In this document: positions 62,478-64,000 of the stretch, piece by piece
Layout: the number at the start of each line of letters is the position of its first letter
Position numbering within the stretch: position 1 is the first letter of the stretch
NCBI GenBank assembly: GCA_963715985.1
Contig: CAVQSP010000009.1
Span: 32,001 to 96,000, forward strand
DNA: 64,000 nucleotides
Direction of reading: 5' to 3'
Source of the DNA: an uncultured Thermoleophilia bacterium
GTDB lineage: Bacteria > Actinomycetota > Thermoleophilia > UBA2241
Position numbers and translations under genes: made by a program
The notes under the pieces: generated by a model
What the model saw: the letters and a program-made list of their open reading frames with translations, nothing else
Database searches by the model: none
Told to the model about the DNA's origin: nothing

Positions 62478-63902
62478 CTACCTCTGCTCCTCGCACCGGG
62501 TCATGGCGTCGCGGTGGCGACGCCGAAAGCTCCGCAGGACCGGAGCGCGCAGGTCGCGCGCCGCCGTCCACTTGCCCAGAAGACCCGGCGCGGACCGCAC
62601 GAAGCCGTCCCGCGCAAACGGCCGCGCCAGCCACGCGGCGGCGCACACTCCGGCGTCCCACAGCGTGGGGCGCGCGGTCGCCGCGGCGTAGCCGCGGAAC
62701 CCCGCGCGCCAGCTCGCCGGCTGTCGTCCGCTCCGCACCGCGTCCGCGCGCAGCTCCAGGAGCAGATCGGTCAGCGGGACCCGTGCTGGGCAGGCGTCCC
62801 GGCAGGCGCCGCACAGGCTCGATGCGTACGGCAGCTCCACGTGACCGTCGAGCCCGTAGAGGAGCGGCGTGAGCACGGCGCCGATGGGGCCCGAGTACAC
62901 GGAGTCGTAGGCGTGCCCGCCGATGACGCCGTACACGGGGCAGAAGTCGGCGCAGCTCCCGCAGCGTACGCACTTGAGCACGGGCTCGTACTTGGTGCCG
63001 AGGATCCGCGAGCGGCCGTTGTCGACGAGCACCACGTGCAGCTCTTCCGGACCGTCGTCATCGCCCTCACGCCGCGGCCCCGTGATGGCCGAGACGTAGG
63101 TGGAGATGCGCTGCCCCGTGCCGGCCCGCGTCAGCAGGGTCAGGGCGCAGTCGAGGCTCTGCCAGTCGGGCAGCAATCGTTCGATGCCCATCACCACGAC
63201 GTGCGTGCGCGGCAGCGTCGTCGACAGGCGCCCGTTGCCCTCGTTCGTGACGAGGACCACCGTGCCGGTGCTGGCGATGCCGAAGTTGGCGCCGGAGATG
63301 CCGAGGTCGGCGGTCAGGAACTTCTCGCGCAGGCGCGCACGCGCGTAGGCCGCCAGGGCGTCGGCGTCGCGGGGCAGCTCCTCACCGGCCTCCCGGGAGA
63401 AGAGCTCGCGGATCTGGTCGAGCGTCATGTGCAAGGCCGGCGCGATGATGTGGTACGGGGCCTCGCCGGTGAGCTGGACGATGAACTCGCCGAGGTCCGT
63501 CTCCACGACCTCGATACCCGCCGCCTGCAGCGCGTCGTTGAGCTCGACCTCGGCGGTGACCATCGACTTGCTCTTGACGACGCGCCGTGCCCGAGCCTCG
63601 CGCGCCACGCCGAGGACGTAGTCGCGCGCCTCGGCGGCGGTCCCGGCCACGAACACGTGCCCGCCATGCCCCTCCACGTTGGCCGCGAACTGCTCCAGAT
63701 AGTGGTCCAGGTGAGCGACGGTGTGGGCCCGCACGTCCGACAGCTCGTCGCGCCAGGCCTCCACGTCGTCCAGCTCGCCGAGGACGGCATCGTGCGCCTC
63801 CTGGGCGAGCACCTGGAAGTCGGCGAGCCAGTGCTGCAGCCGCCGGTCGGAGAGCGTGCGGGCCACCGTGGCGTCGAACTTCTCGCGCTCCGGGCTCTTC
63901 AT
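62478..63902 (-). CDS. lutB: Lactate utilization protein B (Fe-S)
   Basis: KSKSMV..E, ETDLGE, NEGNGR, CVRCGSC...CP, YSGPIG, SSLCGAC...CP. Confidence 0.93.
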   Translation of the reverse strand: MKSPEREKFDATVARTLSDRRLQHWLADFQVLAQEAHDAVLGELDDVEAWRDELSDVRAHTVAHLDHYLEQFAANVEGHGGHVFVAGTAAEARDYVLGVAREARARRVVKSKSMVTAEVELNDALQAAGIEVVETDLGEFIVQLTGEAPYHIIAPALHMTLDQIRELFSREAGEELPRDADALAAYARARLREKFLTADLGISGANFGIASTGTVVLVTNEGNGRLSTTLPRTHVVVMGIERLLPDWQSLDCALTLLTRAGTGQRISTYVSAITGPRREGDDDGPEELHVVLVDNGRSRILGTKYEPVLKCVRCGSCADFCPVYGVIGGHAYDSVYSGPIGAVLTPLLYGLDGHVELPYASSLCGACRDACPARVPLTDLLLELRADAVRSGRQPASWRAGFRGYAAATARPTLWDAGVCAAAWLARPFARDGFVRSAPGLLGKWTAARDLRAPVLRSFRRRHRDAMTRCEEQR

Positions 63903-64000
63903 CCCGTCCATCCCTGGGCGAGGACCTCGGCCAGGTGCTTCACGGCGACGCGCGCGCCGCGCCGGCGTAGCCGGCCCTCGATGTTCATGAGGCAGCTCAT
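63899..64000 (-). CDS. lutA: C-terminal end of lactate utilization protein A (partial, runs off the window)
   Basis: SCLMNIEGRL...VKHLAEVLA across one frameshift; overlaps the lutB start. Confidence 0.7.
   Translation of the reverse strand: MSCLMNIEGRLRRRGARVAVKHLAEVLAQGWTG

Overview
High-GC bacterial chromosome segment with about 60 genes, probably Actinomycetota and plausibly a Thermoleophilia-like anaerobe or microaerophile (inferred from leaderless promoters and gene content). I saw no rRNA, tRNA, CRISPR array, transposase or integrase. Many genes carry single frameshifts, consistent with long-read consensus errors, and these become very dense at about 54.4-60.5 kb. Contents in order: two sensor kinases and a NarL-type regulator; nadA; a sulfur locus (xsc, cysK, Rrf2, MoaD-like carrier, DoxX); a GT2/GT87 glycosyltransferase cluster with a DUF2064-radical SAM/SPASM fusion and grxC; an ABC/LolA-like module; a PD-(D/E)XK nuclease; CapA; lgt; an AAA ATPase; an amidinotransferase; two PIN toxin-antitoxin pairs; cysM; a HAD-GH65/USP locus; an IlvE/2-oxoacid oxidoreductase/CoA-transferase operon; fprA; a non-pyrrolysine MttB; and lutABC. 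Best candidates for undescribed systems: (1) a GYD-domain small protein with strong expression signals, which the ORF track captures only in part, directly upstream of a CX7CX2C B12-dependent radical SAM C-methyltransferase and convergent with a cyclase-NTPase-TPR gene; (2) the DUF2064-rSAM/SPASM fusion, which has a possible C-terminal selenocysteine; (3) a 2-oxoacid oxidoreductase operon with an IlvH-like ACT fusion and a gamma-GltD-delta fusion. All family assignments come from motif recognition by eye, not from database searches.
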